A DNA stretch of 64,000 bases, from positions 101,866,001-101,930,000 of the forward strand of contig OX597814.1 of the NCBI GenBank assembly GCA_951406725.2, read 5' to 3'. Below are positions 39,457 to 53,049 of this stretch, in pieces. The notes beneath the pieces are model-generated. The model was not told the DNA's origin, did no database searches, and saw only the letters and a list, made by a program, of their open reading frames with translations. The first letter of the stretch is position 1. Each line of letters opens with the position of its first letter. This DNA is from Octopus vulgaris (Eukaryota). A program made the translations under genes and the position numbers.

Positions 39457-42268
39457 GTAAGTAAAACATTGCTATATTTATTTACTATATTCAATTTTTT
39501 TTAGGTTTTCAAGAATCATATTTTTCTTTTTTTTTTTAAATATCATACCTTTGGCATTATGTCATGCTTGAGAAGAAGACCCATCAAGCTAAGTAAAATT
39601 GCATTTGTGACAGATACTGGTGTCCTGCAAATTGGCACCCATGCCAGTGGCACATAATAGCCCCCCAATGTCAAATAAATGGCATCCAGCCCAGCAGCAC
39701 ATGAAAACACCCATTACACTCTCGGAGTGGTTGACGTTAGGAAGGGCATCCAACCATAGAAAACCGTGCCAAATCAGATTGGAGTCTGGTGCATCCTTCC
39801 AGCATGCCAGTCCTGTCAAACCGCCAACCCATGCCAGCATGGGCAACAGACGTTAAATGATAATGGTGATGATGATCACTGCTAAGGACAATGTAGAAAC
39901 TTCTTCAGACCACTTTAACTTGATTGTATTAGTAGTATACGATTTGCCTTCTGGGTTTATAGGCAGGTACTGAAATGGCCAAAGATAGATTTAATTCTTA
40001 ACATAATGAGACTTTATACCTGAATAAAGTTTTAAACAAGAACTAATTTAAAGCATTTTTTAGAATGACAATGTTCTTTTAAGAATATAATCATGGGATT
40101 TTATTTTCATTTCAAGGTTTGTATTGCTTCATTTTCCTCAGTCTCTTCTCTCTGCCTGTTGCTTCTGTTATTATTTCTACATTTCATTTCTTTACAGTGA
40201 AGGACATATCTCTACCCAGCTCACTCAATTCATTCATCTCCCCTTTCTCTTGTCTTTTCACTATGTCTTAAACTTCTAGACTTTGTACCAAACAATGAAG
40301 AGTAGCAAAATTTTCTTTATTTTGTGACCTTGTCACACTCTTGTTCACTGGCATAGAAACCATCACTAGTTTCCTTGGATTCCTCTCTTTCATTTTGTAC
40401 CAGGTACATGCCATCAGTAATTACTCAGAGTAGGCCTTTATGTAGTAAAGCACACACAAATTAAGCGGAACACAGGCATGAGACTGAGTTGAAGGCAGAT
40501 TTACTTATAAATGTGAGATATTAAGCTTTAAAAATACTGACAAATGTCTTATTTCTGTCCATGGCTTTCCATTACTGAGATATTTGATGAGCTAATATTC
40601 AAGGTGTTCAGCTCATGAACAGGAGGTTGTATGTTCAATTCTAGAACCATATGGTGCTTCATGTCCTTGGACAAGACACTTCATTTCATGTTACTTCAGT
40701 CTTGTCAGCTGTAAATAAGTACAAGCTGAGTACCAAGACAGGTGTCTCTCTCTCTTTCTAGCTCTCAAATTCTGGATGTTCCACTGAGTCCTGAATAATG
40801 AAATCTGTGTGCAACAATGAATTAGAGGTGGGGGATGAGAAATCTAATGATAGTTTAAGTTCATGAAAATCTGTTAAGATTTTAAAAATTAAATAAAGTT
40901 TACTTACTTTTCATGGAACACAGACTTGATCAATTTCATAAACTTTAAGATTGTTGGTACTAGAACCAAATAATCAGATTCTTGTTTCTCCATAAATGAT
41001 CATGAAAAGTTCTTTAAATAGTTTGTTTTAGTAATTTTCTCTATATTATTTCCATCATCAACAACACTAAACAAATATTGCATTTCTTTGATTTTATTAT
41101 AACATGTTACATATTAGCTAGCTTTAATTAACGTATGTATATAAAACAAGATATTTTGTTGTCTAATTTAAGTTTCAAGATTAATAGTGTTTCAATTAAA
41201 TGACAGACATTCAACCTGCCAGTCAAATCATCACAATCATCATCATGTAGTGTTTATTAGAAACCACAAAACATTGGATATAATTGTCCTCATTGATTTT
41301 ACTATATAAATTAGATACTAAGTCAAGTTAATTAGAGTACCTGTCTAACTGTGTCACTGCACTGGAATATCAATAACATGAAGATAATTCTCTTTAAATA
41401 GGTACAGTGCAGTTCTAAAGTTCACCATTGTTTTTATGGCAATACTGAAGTCCCCTTAGGGATATGGTCCATAATGAATTCTCCAATTGTGATTGTGTGT
41501 AACCAACCATTCATTCAAGTATATTTAGTATGAATGCAAGAGTCAATTGTTAGATTAACTTAAGAAAGTATATCTGCAGGAGAAAGCCTCAAATCAACAA
41601 CAAAATGTTCTTGTTTGACCTGTAAAACTTAGCCCTATCTCCCTCTCTCCCCCTCTCTCACCCACTCTCTCTCTCTCTCTTCTATCACACCCATTCATCT
41701 TAAAGGGAAAAATATATTCAATAATGTTGTCCGAGACACATAATGCCAAAAAAACTCTGGATGGCTGAGGTCAGAGTATTTTTGAAAACAAGATGTGCCC
41801 AAACTGAGCTGTCCTATGGTTAAACAACAACAGCCAAATACACCATCATCATCCTGCCATTATGATATAATATAACCATGTTAGGCATTGCAGAAATCCA
41901 GAGTACACATGTATATGGTAATTGTGTCTCGCTTATCTAATTTTTAATATCTCATTAAAACTTGATTTCATTCAGTTACTATTTATTCTATTTATAAGTC
42001 ATTTAAACGCTTTCTTGTGTATATATATCTCGTATTTTTTTACTTGATTCAGTCATTAGACTACAGTCATGCCGGGGTGCCACCCTGAGGAATTTTTTTG
42101 TCAAATGAATAAACCCAAATACTTATTTTGTTTTTAACCCTGGTACTTATTCTATCAGTCTCTTTTGCCAAACTGCTAAGTTACAGAGACATAAACACAC
42201 CTACATCAGTTGTAAAGCAGTGGTGGGAGACAAACATAAACACAAAGTCACAAGCACTTATATATATA

Positions 42269-44114
42269 TCTACTACATATGTGGAAAATTGGTGTGTGTT
42301 TGTTTGTGGCATTGTTAGCTAACTCTTCCTACATCATTTTATTGATTGTGATGAAACTTGACACATGAGTAGAACTCATGTCTGGAAACCTCGTGATATA
42401 CTTAGATTATTGAAAAAAATCGATAATACAGCCCCTGGAAGGGATATTTATATCTACCTCATATAAATAATTTTTTAAACACTCAAGGGAAATAACCCAT
42501 AGCACCTGCACTTACAGTTGTTAGTTTTTAGTGAAGCGATCAATTCACAGTTTTCAACTGCTAAACCATATTATTGCACTTTCAATTCTCATAACTCTGA
42601 TAATTCTGCATTTTTCCAGTTAAAAATTTTCGATGACAGTACATAAATTTTTAATTCCACAACGTATTTATGGGAACATAAACAAAACCAGTTTCAGTGT
42701 TTCTGTTGTATTTGATTGACAAGAAAGTAATTTTGTTTTTCGCAAATAGAGTTATGATTATTTTGAATGACTTTTGTCAATGTTATGATTTTTTACATTT
42801 TGACATTTGATAGCCATTACTTTTAGCTTACTTTAAAAGCAAATTGCACGTAATTTTGTTTACAGCTGTTAGTTCAGTGTCAATTTCAACATGGAGTTAA
42901 AAAATGAACATTTCTGCCATATTTTGACTTTTTATTTCTGTAAAGGCCAGAAAGCTGCTGAGGCTCACAAAGAGATATGTAAAGTTTATGGTGTTGATTG
43001 CTTAACAGAACACATGTCAGAATTGGTTTAAAAATTCCGTTCTGGAGATATTTCACTCAAAGATGACCAACGTTCTGGTTGACCTACTGAAGTTGATGAT
43101 GATTGAAGCAAGGCCATAATTGAATCTGATTGTGATATAACTATGCAAGAGATTAAATGTATCACGCACAACAACTGAAAATCACTTAAATGTCTTGGAC
43201 TTAAAAAGCTCAATATTTGGATTCCATATAAATTGAAAGAGATTCGCTTAATACAACGAATCAATTTGCAATCTGCATCTCAAATGCAATGAAATCCACC
43301 TTTTTTTTTTAAACGAATCATCATTGGTGATGAAAAATGGATTGTCTACAATAATACCAATCGAAAACAATCATGGTTCAAGCATAATGAACCAGTACAA
43401 ACCACATCAAAAGCTGAATTACATCAAAAAAAGTCATGCTGTCAATTTGGTGGGATTACAAATGTGTTGTGTACTTTGAGCTGCTTCCAAGGAACTAAAT
43501 GATCAATTCAGATATTTACTGTCAACCACTAATGAAACTGGTGGAAGCAATCAAAGAAAGACAGCCAGAATTGGCAAATCATAAAGGAATCGTGTTCCAC
43601 CATGACAGCGCTAGATCACATGTCTTTACTGACTCATGAAATATTATTGGAGCTTGGTTGGGAAGTGATGTCATATCCTCCATATAACCCTGACCTTGCA
43701 CTATCAGATTACCATTTATTTCAAAGTTTGCAAAATTCTTTGAACGGTAAAACTTTCAATAATGATGGTGGCGACCTGAAATCACACTAGCTTCAGTTTT
43801 TGGCTGATAAGGACCGGAAGTTCTATGAGCACAGAATCGTGAAGTTGCCTGAAAGATGGCAAAAGGTCATCAAACAAAATGGAAAATATATAATTGATTA
43901 AAGTTCATTCTTTGTATGAAAAAAAGAAAAAAACTTTTATTTCACACTAAAAAGCCGAAATTACTTTCTTGACAACCCAATACTTTCTAATTGGAAAGTT
44001 CACCCAATGTTTATATCTGTTGACCATATGTCGACCAGTGCACCTAAATGGTTCACTTGACCTCTGGCTTTGTTATCAATGTACTTTGGGAAGTACTCTC
44101 TGAGTCACTACTAG
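42269..44114 (+). mobile_element. Probable non-autonomous Helitron-like element interrupted by the mariner
   Basis: A|TC start at 42269; gattgtgatgaaacttgacaca motif shared with the 31109-31481 element; CTAG at 44111-44114 after the mariner. Confidence 0.45.
42711..43980 (+). mobile_element. Full-length (1270 bp) inactivated mariner transposon; pseudo-transposase 42891-43901
   Basis: TA flanks; TIRs TTTGATTGACAAGAAAGTAATTT / AAATTACTTTCTTGACAACCCAA; motifs WIPYKL, IIIGDEKWIVY, HDSAR and YNPDLALSDY; several frameshifts and stops. Confidence 0.95.
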
Positions 44115-44214
44115 CTCATCAAGCCTTGAGATCAATAAACTACTGTTCATTAACTAACACAAGGCTGCTCTTTACATATAGAAGTATTTCTTTGTTTCTG
44201 ATATAGTTAACTTC

Positions 44215-45110
44215 TCCACCACCACTCCTATTACATCACCTTCACCATCACTATCATTGCCACTATCATCAATTCATTCACCACCGTCCCTGTCACCTCT
44301 GTGCACCTTTGTAACTACTACTGCCTCCATCACCACCATCATCACTACTACTACTACTGCCACCATCATCACTACTACTACAACTAACACCACCATCACT
44401 ACTACTACAACCTCCACCATTACTACCTCTTCCACCACCATCGCTACTACTACTGCTACTACCTCTTCCACCACCATCAACACTACTACTGCTGCTAACA
44501 CCTCCACCACCATCACTATTACTACTAACACATCCACCACCCCCATCACTACTACTACTACCTCCATCACTATTACTACCTCTTCCACCACCATCACTAC
44601 TTCTACTACTACCTCCACCACCATCACTACTACTACTGCTACTAACACCTCCACCACCATCAACACTACTACTGCTGCTAACACCTCCACCACCATCACT
44701 ATTACTACTAACACATCCACCACCACCACCATCACTACTACTACTGTCATCGTTGCTGCTATGATGCATCTTTTGTTGCCATAACAGTCACTCTCACTGT
44801 TGTTTTTGCCATCATTAACACTATTACCTTTGTCATTACCACCATCACTATAGCAGTCACTGCCACCACTGCTTCCTTACGACCACTACTACTATCACTA
44901 ACACCATTATCTCACTCATTACAATAGCCATTTCTCTATTACTATTATCATCATCACCACCAGCACTATCCATCTATCACTACTATTATCACCATCACTA
45001 TCACTTCTCTATCACTAGTATAACTCTCCCTACCACCACAACTACATCTCTATCACTACTATCACCACCACTACTGCCACTATTAGTAATGCTATCCCTG
45101 TCACAACTAC
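44215..45110. repeat. Cryptic trinucleotide (ACT/ACC/ATC) repeat array with an internal ~70-bp duplication
   Basis: caccaccatcaacactactactgctgctaacacctccacc... occurs at 44469 and 44654. Confidence 0.9.
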
Positions 45111-48100
45111 CACTTGTTGAGAGACACTGTCCAACTTCCTTGATTGACTCTATTCTGTATTGATTGATAGTGGTAAACGACCTCTTCTAGTAAGGACCTC
45201 TGACTATTTATAAATTTCTGAAAGCCCCTCTGTCTGTCATGTACCATATGATGCAGCACTGATGATGTTTTGACATGTTTCTTTTTACAAAGTCTCAGAT
45301 TTATAAAGAAAGAAGCGAGATTTTGTCATGTCCATGTTTCTCTACTGAGCATTAGCACTGATACAACTGAACTGAAATGGCCACAATTTGAAATCAAGAC
45401 CATACTTGGGTCTCAGCTCACTAAAAGCTTCTATTTCTATTGCACTCACTGTATAAATCTATGCTAAAATTTATCTATTAGATTACATTACTTCTGACGA
45501 CTTCTATGACAGCACTACTACGATATATTTTCTTCTTTATTTCTGCACTTTATCACAAGAATATGTCTGCTATCATCATCATCATCATGGATTGTAAAAT
45601 TGCATTTAGTATCTTTTCTTTTGTTTGATGTGTTGGTCTGGTCCAGATGCAACTGCTATGAACATGGAGGTGACCTACAGTAACATATTGGGTATGATCT
45701 GCATAGACCTTTAGATCTTGACCACAATATTCTTGCGACACTGTATCTCATTAAGGAAGTAAAGAGGCAGTAAATTTGACTGGTGGAACAGGATATAAGG
45801 CCCAGTTGTTACATGTTTAGTAGTAAAGGCCTCTTAAGGGCTTTCTGCCCAGAAGGACAGAAAAATTAAGAGGGTAGCAACAAACGGTGGTGTATCAGCA
45901 TGGCCGCAGCTCTGAGCTGAAACTAGAAAAAAACCCAGCAGTTCCCAGTTTGTTGCCCTGCAGATCCATCTGCAGGAACCTTCTCTGCCCCACTCTGTCA
46001 TAGTAATCCCTTCATCCTCTGGCATGAAGCTGACCTGCCCCAGGCCTTGTAGTCCTGCAAAGTGCATGGTGACCTCAGTGGTTAGGGCAGCGGACTCGCG
46101 GTTGTAAGAACATGGTTTCAATTTCCAGACCGGGCATTGTGAGTGTTTATTGAGCAAAAACACCTAAGCTCCACAAGGCTCTGGCAGGGCAGGGGTGGGG
46201 TGGGGGTCGTGAACCCCGCTGTACTCTTTCACCACAACTTTCTCTCACTCTTTCTTCCTACCTCTGCTACAAAGCAGAGGAACCATGGTGTAACCCACTA
46301 TGGTGTGGTAAACTATGAAGACCATAGTTGCTGCTAATAATGTTTCCAGAGCCTCACTAATCACAACTCTGAGAATAACTGGAGTAGAAGCAAAGTCAAG
46401 TAGAATTATGTTGTCCTCATTGCTACTTATGCCAGTGGCTGATGAAGTAGAGCAGAAAAAGGACAAGGTATACCCTCCTCAAGAACTGAACTGGCCAGAG
46501 TTACCAAGCAGCAGTTGTTTTCCGTCATCTTGAGATAGTGTTGAGGAGGCGATAGAGCATAAAGAAGGATGGGATGGAAACTGTTTAGGAAAATAAAACC
46601 AGTAAAAGATGCAGAAGTATGGGCCCCAGTCTAAAAAACAAAACAAAAAATAGGTTGGCTACTGGAAGTTCCTCATGGTAGAGCACCAGTCTGTTTGCTG
46701 AGCCTAGTCTTCATGGTCATCCGAATCAGTGGTGAGAACCTGGTGCAAATTGTGAATGAGCTGTACAAATGCAAGAGGAATTAATACAGTGTTGATTCAT
46801 AAGGAGATGGGAGATGATTTACTACTAAATATTTGTAAAGATTGCCCTGGTCTCATTTCTCTGATTTCAGTGTCTTTATCTAATTCATTGTTCCCAGTTT
46901 GTCCTGCAGATCCATCTGCAGGAACCTTCTCTGTCCCACTCTGTCATAGTAATCCCTTCATCCTCTGTCATGAAGCTGACCTGCTCCAGGCCTTGTAGTC
47001 CTGCAAAGTGCATGGTGACCTCAATTGTACTGGTGACATGATAAAAGCAGCCAGTCCAGCTGGCAGAATTGTTACCACATTGGACAAAATGCTTCGTGGC
47101 ATTTCTTGCATCTCTTTGTGTTCTGAGTTCAAATTTCACCAAAGCCAATTTTGCCTTTCATCCTGTCTGTGTTGATAAATAAATACCAGTAGAGTACTGG
47201 CATTGATGTTACCAACTTACTTCTTACCCCATAATTTCAGGCCTTGTAACTAAAATAGAAAGGATTATTATCATCATCATTGTTGTTTGGAAGCATGGTC
47301 TAATGGTTAGGATGATGTATTCATGATTGTGAGATCATGATTTCAGTTCCTACACTGGGTGGTGCATTGCGTTCTTGAGCAAATTACTTCATCTCACATT
47401 GCTCTGCAATCACTTCAACACATGGTTTGTGCTACACTGTGCACTTCTTCAGGTAATGTCAATTTGATAGATGGAAGGAACTAATGTACAGCACATGCAT
47501 TTGATCACTGTAATCAAACCATTTGTGTAGGTTGTTTGGCAAAAGCTGAAATTCATACACCGTCTTTGACAGGTTAGTGTATCATCGTCGTCATTGTCAT
47601 CATCATCATCATCATCATTATTATTATAATGGGGTGGCAGAGATTGTAAGCATGCTCGACAAAATGCTTAAAGCAGTTCATCTGTCTTCACATTCTGAGC
47701 TCAAATTCCATCGAGGTCAACTTTGCCTGTCATCCCTTCAGGGTCGATAAAATAAGTACTAGTTGAACACTGGGGACAATGTAATCGATTCGTCCCCTCC
47801 CCCAAAATTGCTGCCCTTGTGGCAAAATTTGAAACCATTGTTATTATTATTATTATTAGTAGTAGTAGTAGTGTTGTTGTTGTCATCGCCGCCACTACCG
47901 CTACAGCAGATAGTGAAGGGTCAGAAAAAATAGAATAAAGGCACTAATAGCCTTCCAATATTTAGTTTTGTCTTTCGCCTTTTTGAATTTTTCCTTTTGT
48001 GCTAATGACTGAAGTCATTAATCTGGTTCACTACTAGCTTGTTATTTTCTGCTATGATGGCAAAAATGAACAATCTCTTCAAAATCATTTTATAATTGTT

Positions 48101-51100
48101 GAGATTTAGACCCTTTTTTTCCACAGTATTTTAAATAATACTCTTATTCTTTTTGGACCTCATTTAAATAATAGTAGTTGTTACCCTTATTGTACCCCAC
48201 ACAGGTCTAGGACATGACAGTACCAGTTTTGTTTGGTATTGCTATATTGTTCGGCTTCATTTCAAAATGGTTAGAGAATGGGTAAGCAATTGATCTACAC
48301 ACCAGCCACAGACCTAGCATGCTGGATTACCATTTTCTTGTCTGGTTTGTAATGTGGTGAGCAACACGCCATCATTTGCATAGACTCTCCATTGAATGAG
48401 ATGCTTGAGTTGCCTTTTCTTTGTTTAATAAGTTGATACCACAACAGTTATACCTACCATGGCTTTCTTTTGCTGTAGTAAACTCACACTCCATTCTTTT
48501 CTTTACTTCTCTGTCTATTTGGCTATCTATAACAATGCTTTCAGACTTCTGAAAGATTGTCTCTCAACCAAGTCTTTTCATTCAAGGTCAACCCTCATTT
48601 CTGATGGCAGCAAAGTGATAAGCAATGTGGTAGGCATAGACTTAAAAAGTATTACTCTTATTTTTGTTTGGGAAATTTAGTTATTGTTATGGTTGATATA
48701 TATATATATATTTCGTTCGCGGTTTAAATTCTTAAAAATTTTTTTTAAATGCCTCGGTATGAAGATATTTCGTTCGTCCTCCGCCATTACTTTCAATCAA
48801 AACTTCAGTCTTTCCAACCCACTTCTGGTGAACCTATATAAATAATCACCTCGTGTGCTTATCTTTCATTCACCCCTTCTTGACCACACAGCGATGATCA
48901 TAGAAAGCAAGCTAAGAATTCTCATTTCATTTCTTCCTGACTCTTGTACTACACACATACATTTGCTGCTAACCCTTAAATGTTTGAATCTATTCACTAA
49001 TTCTGCTTGTTCTTAAAATATAACCCTTTAATTTGTTTATCCCCTCGGTACCAAGTTAATTTGTTCGTTACTCTGTTCATTTCTTCAAACCCCGATTGTT
49101 TTAAGTCTACTGTCCCCAATCAAAATCTTCGCAGCCTGCCATTCGTTCGCGGTTCGCCCGCCCTCCCACCCCCACCACCCATACCGGAGAACACTCTGTT
49201 TACACCATCCTCACCGGATATCCCCTCTACCACCGCCACCACTACGTGTGTCTGTTCCTCCTACCCCTCCTCCTCAATATACTTTCTCATTATGTATTTT
49301 ACTCCTGCCTCTCTCCCCCTGGACAGAAGCAGCTAGCGCTGCAGCTCATCAAACGTCCCACTTAACCTGTTATCTTATGTTCCTCCTGTTTTGAAATGTG
49401 TCACTGCCTCAACCGGCTATCTCCTTCCAGCCCCCTCCCCCACTCTTGATATCCTACGTTTTACTTCCTACTTTCCATTCTGTCTAGAACCTGCCACCAA
49501 CCCTACCTGTCATCGTTTCTCTTTACCCCAAACCTTCCCCACTGGTGCTCCCCTATATTACATGCACCCCCCCCCACTCTCTCTCCTCTCTGCCGGAACC
49601 CTCCCCCCCTGCCGCAATGCAACGAAAAAAGGCAATAACCGATCGTGGCCGATGCCAGACCCCTCTGGCACCTGTGCAGGTGGCACGTAAAAAGCACCCA
49701 CTACACTCGCGGAGTGGTTGGCGTTAGGAAGGGCATCCAGCTGTAGAAAAACTGCCAGATCAGACTGGAGCCTGGGGCAGTCCCTGCTCCCCAGACCCCG
49801 GTCAAACCGTCCAACCCGTGCTAGCGCGGAAAACGGACGTTAAACGATGATGATGATGATGATGATGATGATTATAAAAAGGGTTGAATGTGGATTCATC
49901 CTTTAATTGGAGTAATTTCCAAAAGATTTCTAATTTTGATTCTTCATAATTTGAATTTACTGATGCAAATTGATGTAGATATGAAAGGTTACTTATATAT
50001 ATACACACACACACACACATGACTGCATGTCATAAGCCTGAGTAATTCACAAAGGCTATTGAGATCTTCTGAAAGGTGTCTTCTCCCACTTCTTTCCTAT
50101 TGTTAGTTGGATGTCCATCACTTCAACACCCCATTATACCCAACTGACATGGTAAATGGCTAAATGTAAGGTGTTTCCTACTTTGCAGGGGTTTGTTTTG
50201 TTTTCCAACCTCCCACCTCTGTAATAAATAATACTCATTTGAATTTCTTCACAACTTTTTTTTTTTAATATTTTTAATTCAGTTATATTTATAAATATTA
50301 ACTTACATTAATGTTGCTTTTCTTTTTATTATTATTTTGGATTTTCTTTCATCATTGCCCCCACTCCCTATTTGGCAATGGGTGGACCCTTTAGTTGCAA
50401 TAAATCCAAAGGTACAGACATCTTAATACTTGAGAATAGTTGTAGATGTAAAATGAAATCTAATTTAATGTGTCCATATATAGAGAAAAACTAAAGAACA
50501 GGACAAGTCAAAAGTTGTGTTAAAATGGCAGCAGTTGGGTTAAGTTAAATATTTTATTCATACAAAATCCATTGTTACAGGCAAGAGGGAGCTTTATCAT
50601 CCTGGCTTCATCATGTTCTTTTTCTTTCCTCTTTTTAAATTTCAGACATCATTCTGATTATTTATTTAAATTGATTATTTATGTAGCAAGAGAACAGTTC
50701 ATGACATAGTCTCCTGTCTACTCACATTTTCACTTAACTGTTAATACCAGTTCCCTTATTCTTCCCTTACTTTCTTTCTGAAGCCAACTTCAGCTCCCCA
50801 GCTGCTGCTAATTCCAACCTTCAATGAAGAGTTTGAAAACTTGCTCACATCATAACAATACTCATACCAGTGTCACTTTTTTTTTTTTTTTTTTTATTAC
50901 ATATTAATCAGAAATGAAATTTATATAATTGACAGTAGGTTCTCTAAATAAATAAGAAAATTACCATTTCTTACATATTTTTTTTCTTTTTACATTTATT
51001 TTAAGATTAAAGGATTCATAATCAGATCTCTTTTTTAAAAAGAAGGGAAAGAAGTGTTCCTCTTGGATACGAGTGAGCACAAGACTGATTTAGCTTTTCA

Positions 51101-51248
51101 TTCTTTCTTTTCTTGGGAACCCCACTAAATTAAGTTACGTTTTCCTAGATCTTCTTTGAACTAAGTGAAGTTGTTTTATCCAGAAATTAAAACTGGTTCA
51201 AAAAGTGCATTTGCTAATTATTTACACTAAACTAGCACGGCACGACAT

Positions 51249-51289
<41 letters not shown>

Positions 51290-51290
<1 letters not shown>

Positions 51291-51362
51291 TCTTTATTCT
51301 TTATGCCTTTAACCCTCCAACATTGAGTATAGGCCACTTATAGTTGAATTCCATGTCGCATA
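51290..51362 (-). mobile_element. Very short 3' tip of the same LINE family as 1775-2157, embedded in (TA)n
   Basis: Reverse complement ttatgcgacatggaattcaactataagtggcctatac closely matches 2085-2143. Confidence 0.75.
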
Positions 51363-52513
51363 ATTTATATATATATATAAAGGGAAAGTTTACGAAAATA
51401 AACAAAAGACGAAGGCAGTACAAACAAACAAATGTATTAGTATAGTGCTCAGGAATAGAAAAAGTCTTTTACGTTTCGAGCCTATGCTCTTCGACAGAAA
51501 GATACACAGAAAAAAAACAAGGAGAGAAAAAAATGCATATAGGAGCTAACAATCTATCATGGTGTCCTGAATATATATATATATATATATATATGAGAGG
51601 GAGAGAGAGTTAAATATATTTTCAATTTATTTTATTTCTTAACCTTAACCGAGAGCTCTCTTTAACATGGCCATTTTAAGTACCAGTTATTCTCTGATAA
51701 CAATCAAGAACTAATGAAAAGAAATGTTTGAAGAAATAGAAGTATTTGAAATGATGCCATACTACATGAAAAACCTTATTGAAATCAAAACACCAGCACT
51801 GCCTTTTTCAAGGTGTGGCATGCACACCTTTCGACAGCACCCACTTCCTATATCTTATGTCCACAACTAATTATTTAGATCTAAAGTTTCAAATAATAGT
51901 AGCAGTAGTAGTTATAATAGTATAAGTTGTTTGTTGACCATATTTCATAGTCAAAGGGAGAAAGTGCTATAACCATCTAATAAGAAAGTTCTGTTCACAA
52001 AGTATGTCAACCCATAGTTGTAATTGAAGAACACTGTGCTCTTATCAAGATGTCACACAATGGGATCAAACCTAAAAACATGTTGCAAAGCAAGCTTCTA
52101 AACCATGCAGCTATGTTGATGCCTATATAGATTTTCGTGTGGTTTTTGAGGGTTTTTTTTATTTTTAAAGAAGTTGTCCTAATATAGCACCCAGTTTATT
52201 ACCACCACCTTGCTCTTGGATGCCTTTAATGGTACCTATTTTTTTTCTATTTTTTTTACTTCCAAACATTCTAAATTAAATTTCAGTCTTCCAATCTACT
52301 AACATTTTTTTCTGTAGACAATAATGACAGTTATTCAAGCTGCAAGAGTTTCACTTGTCTGTAAAGATCATGGGTACAGTTCATCTTTTCATGACTAACC
52401 TATTAAGAAACTGTGTGTAGTAGCGGGGCAGGACAACGACTTCAAATACAAATGCTAATCTTTAATCTGAAATGCTTTGGACTGGAAATGTTCTAGATTT
52501 CAAAATGATTGTA

Positions 52514-53049
52514 TTGGGTTGAGGAATAATTCACGAGCGTTTTTTTTTTCAAATTTATTGAGTGAAGGTAGTTCGCCACAGTTTCTTAATCACAGTTCAT
52601 CTACTCCACCAATTCTCTGGTTGTTTGACATGGATTTTCATGAAGAAGTTGATTCAATTGCTCTCTTCATCGAACTCAATTGGTCAATCGGTGTGTAATC
52701 CATCCTTGGGGTCAAAATTCCCATTTTTGAAGCACAAAAACCAGCGGCGGGTGGTACTTTGAGGCTTTGCTCCTCCTCCATACACAGCACAAATCTCACG
52801 AACAGCTAAACACCTCGATTAAATGCAAAAAACAAATGGTATCAAAAATATCTAGTTTTGTCCACTTGACATTCCATTTTAATGATCTGAAAATACACAA
52901 AAATCAATAAATTTAAACAATCAAAGCACACTATCTTGTAGAGCAAAAAATTCTTTTTTAAATAACATAAAACATTTTGCCAATGTGTTTTATTTCTGCA
53001 TGCATTTTTAAATTTGAAAAAAATACTCATGAATTATTCCTCAACCCAA
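52514..53049 (-). mobile_element. Internally deleted mariner (both TIRs, transposase N-terminus only)
   Basis: TA flanks; ~40-bp TIRs TTGGGTTGAGGAATAATTCA(C/T)GAG; MECQVDKTRYF...ICAVYGGGAKPQSTTRRWFLCFKNGNFD...LNQLLHENPCQTTRELVE on the minus strand. Confidence 0.88.

Noticed and set aside
44257-44784. Thr-rich mucin-like ORF and its antisense Val and Gly/Ser ORFs
   Set aside because: Open frames arise from a stop-free trinucleotide repeat; no splice signals or signal peptide; lies within an intron.
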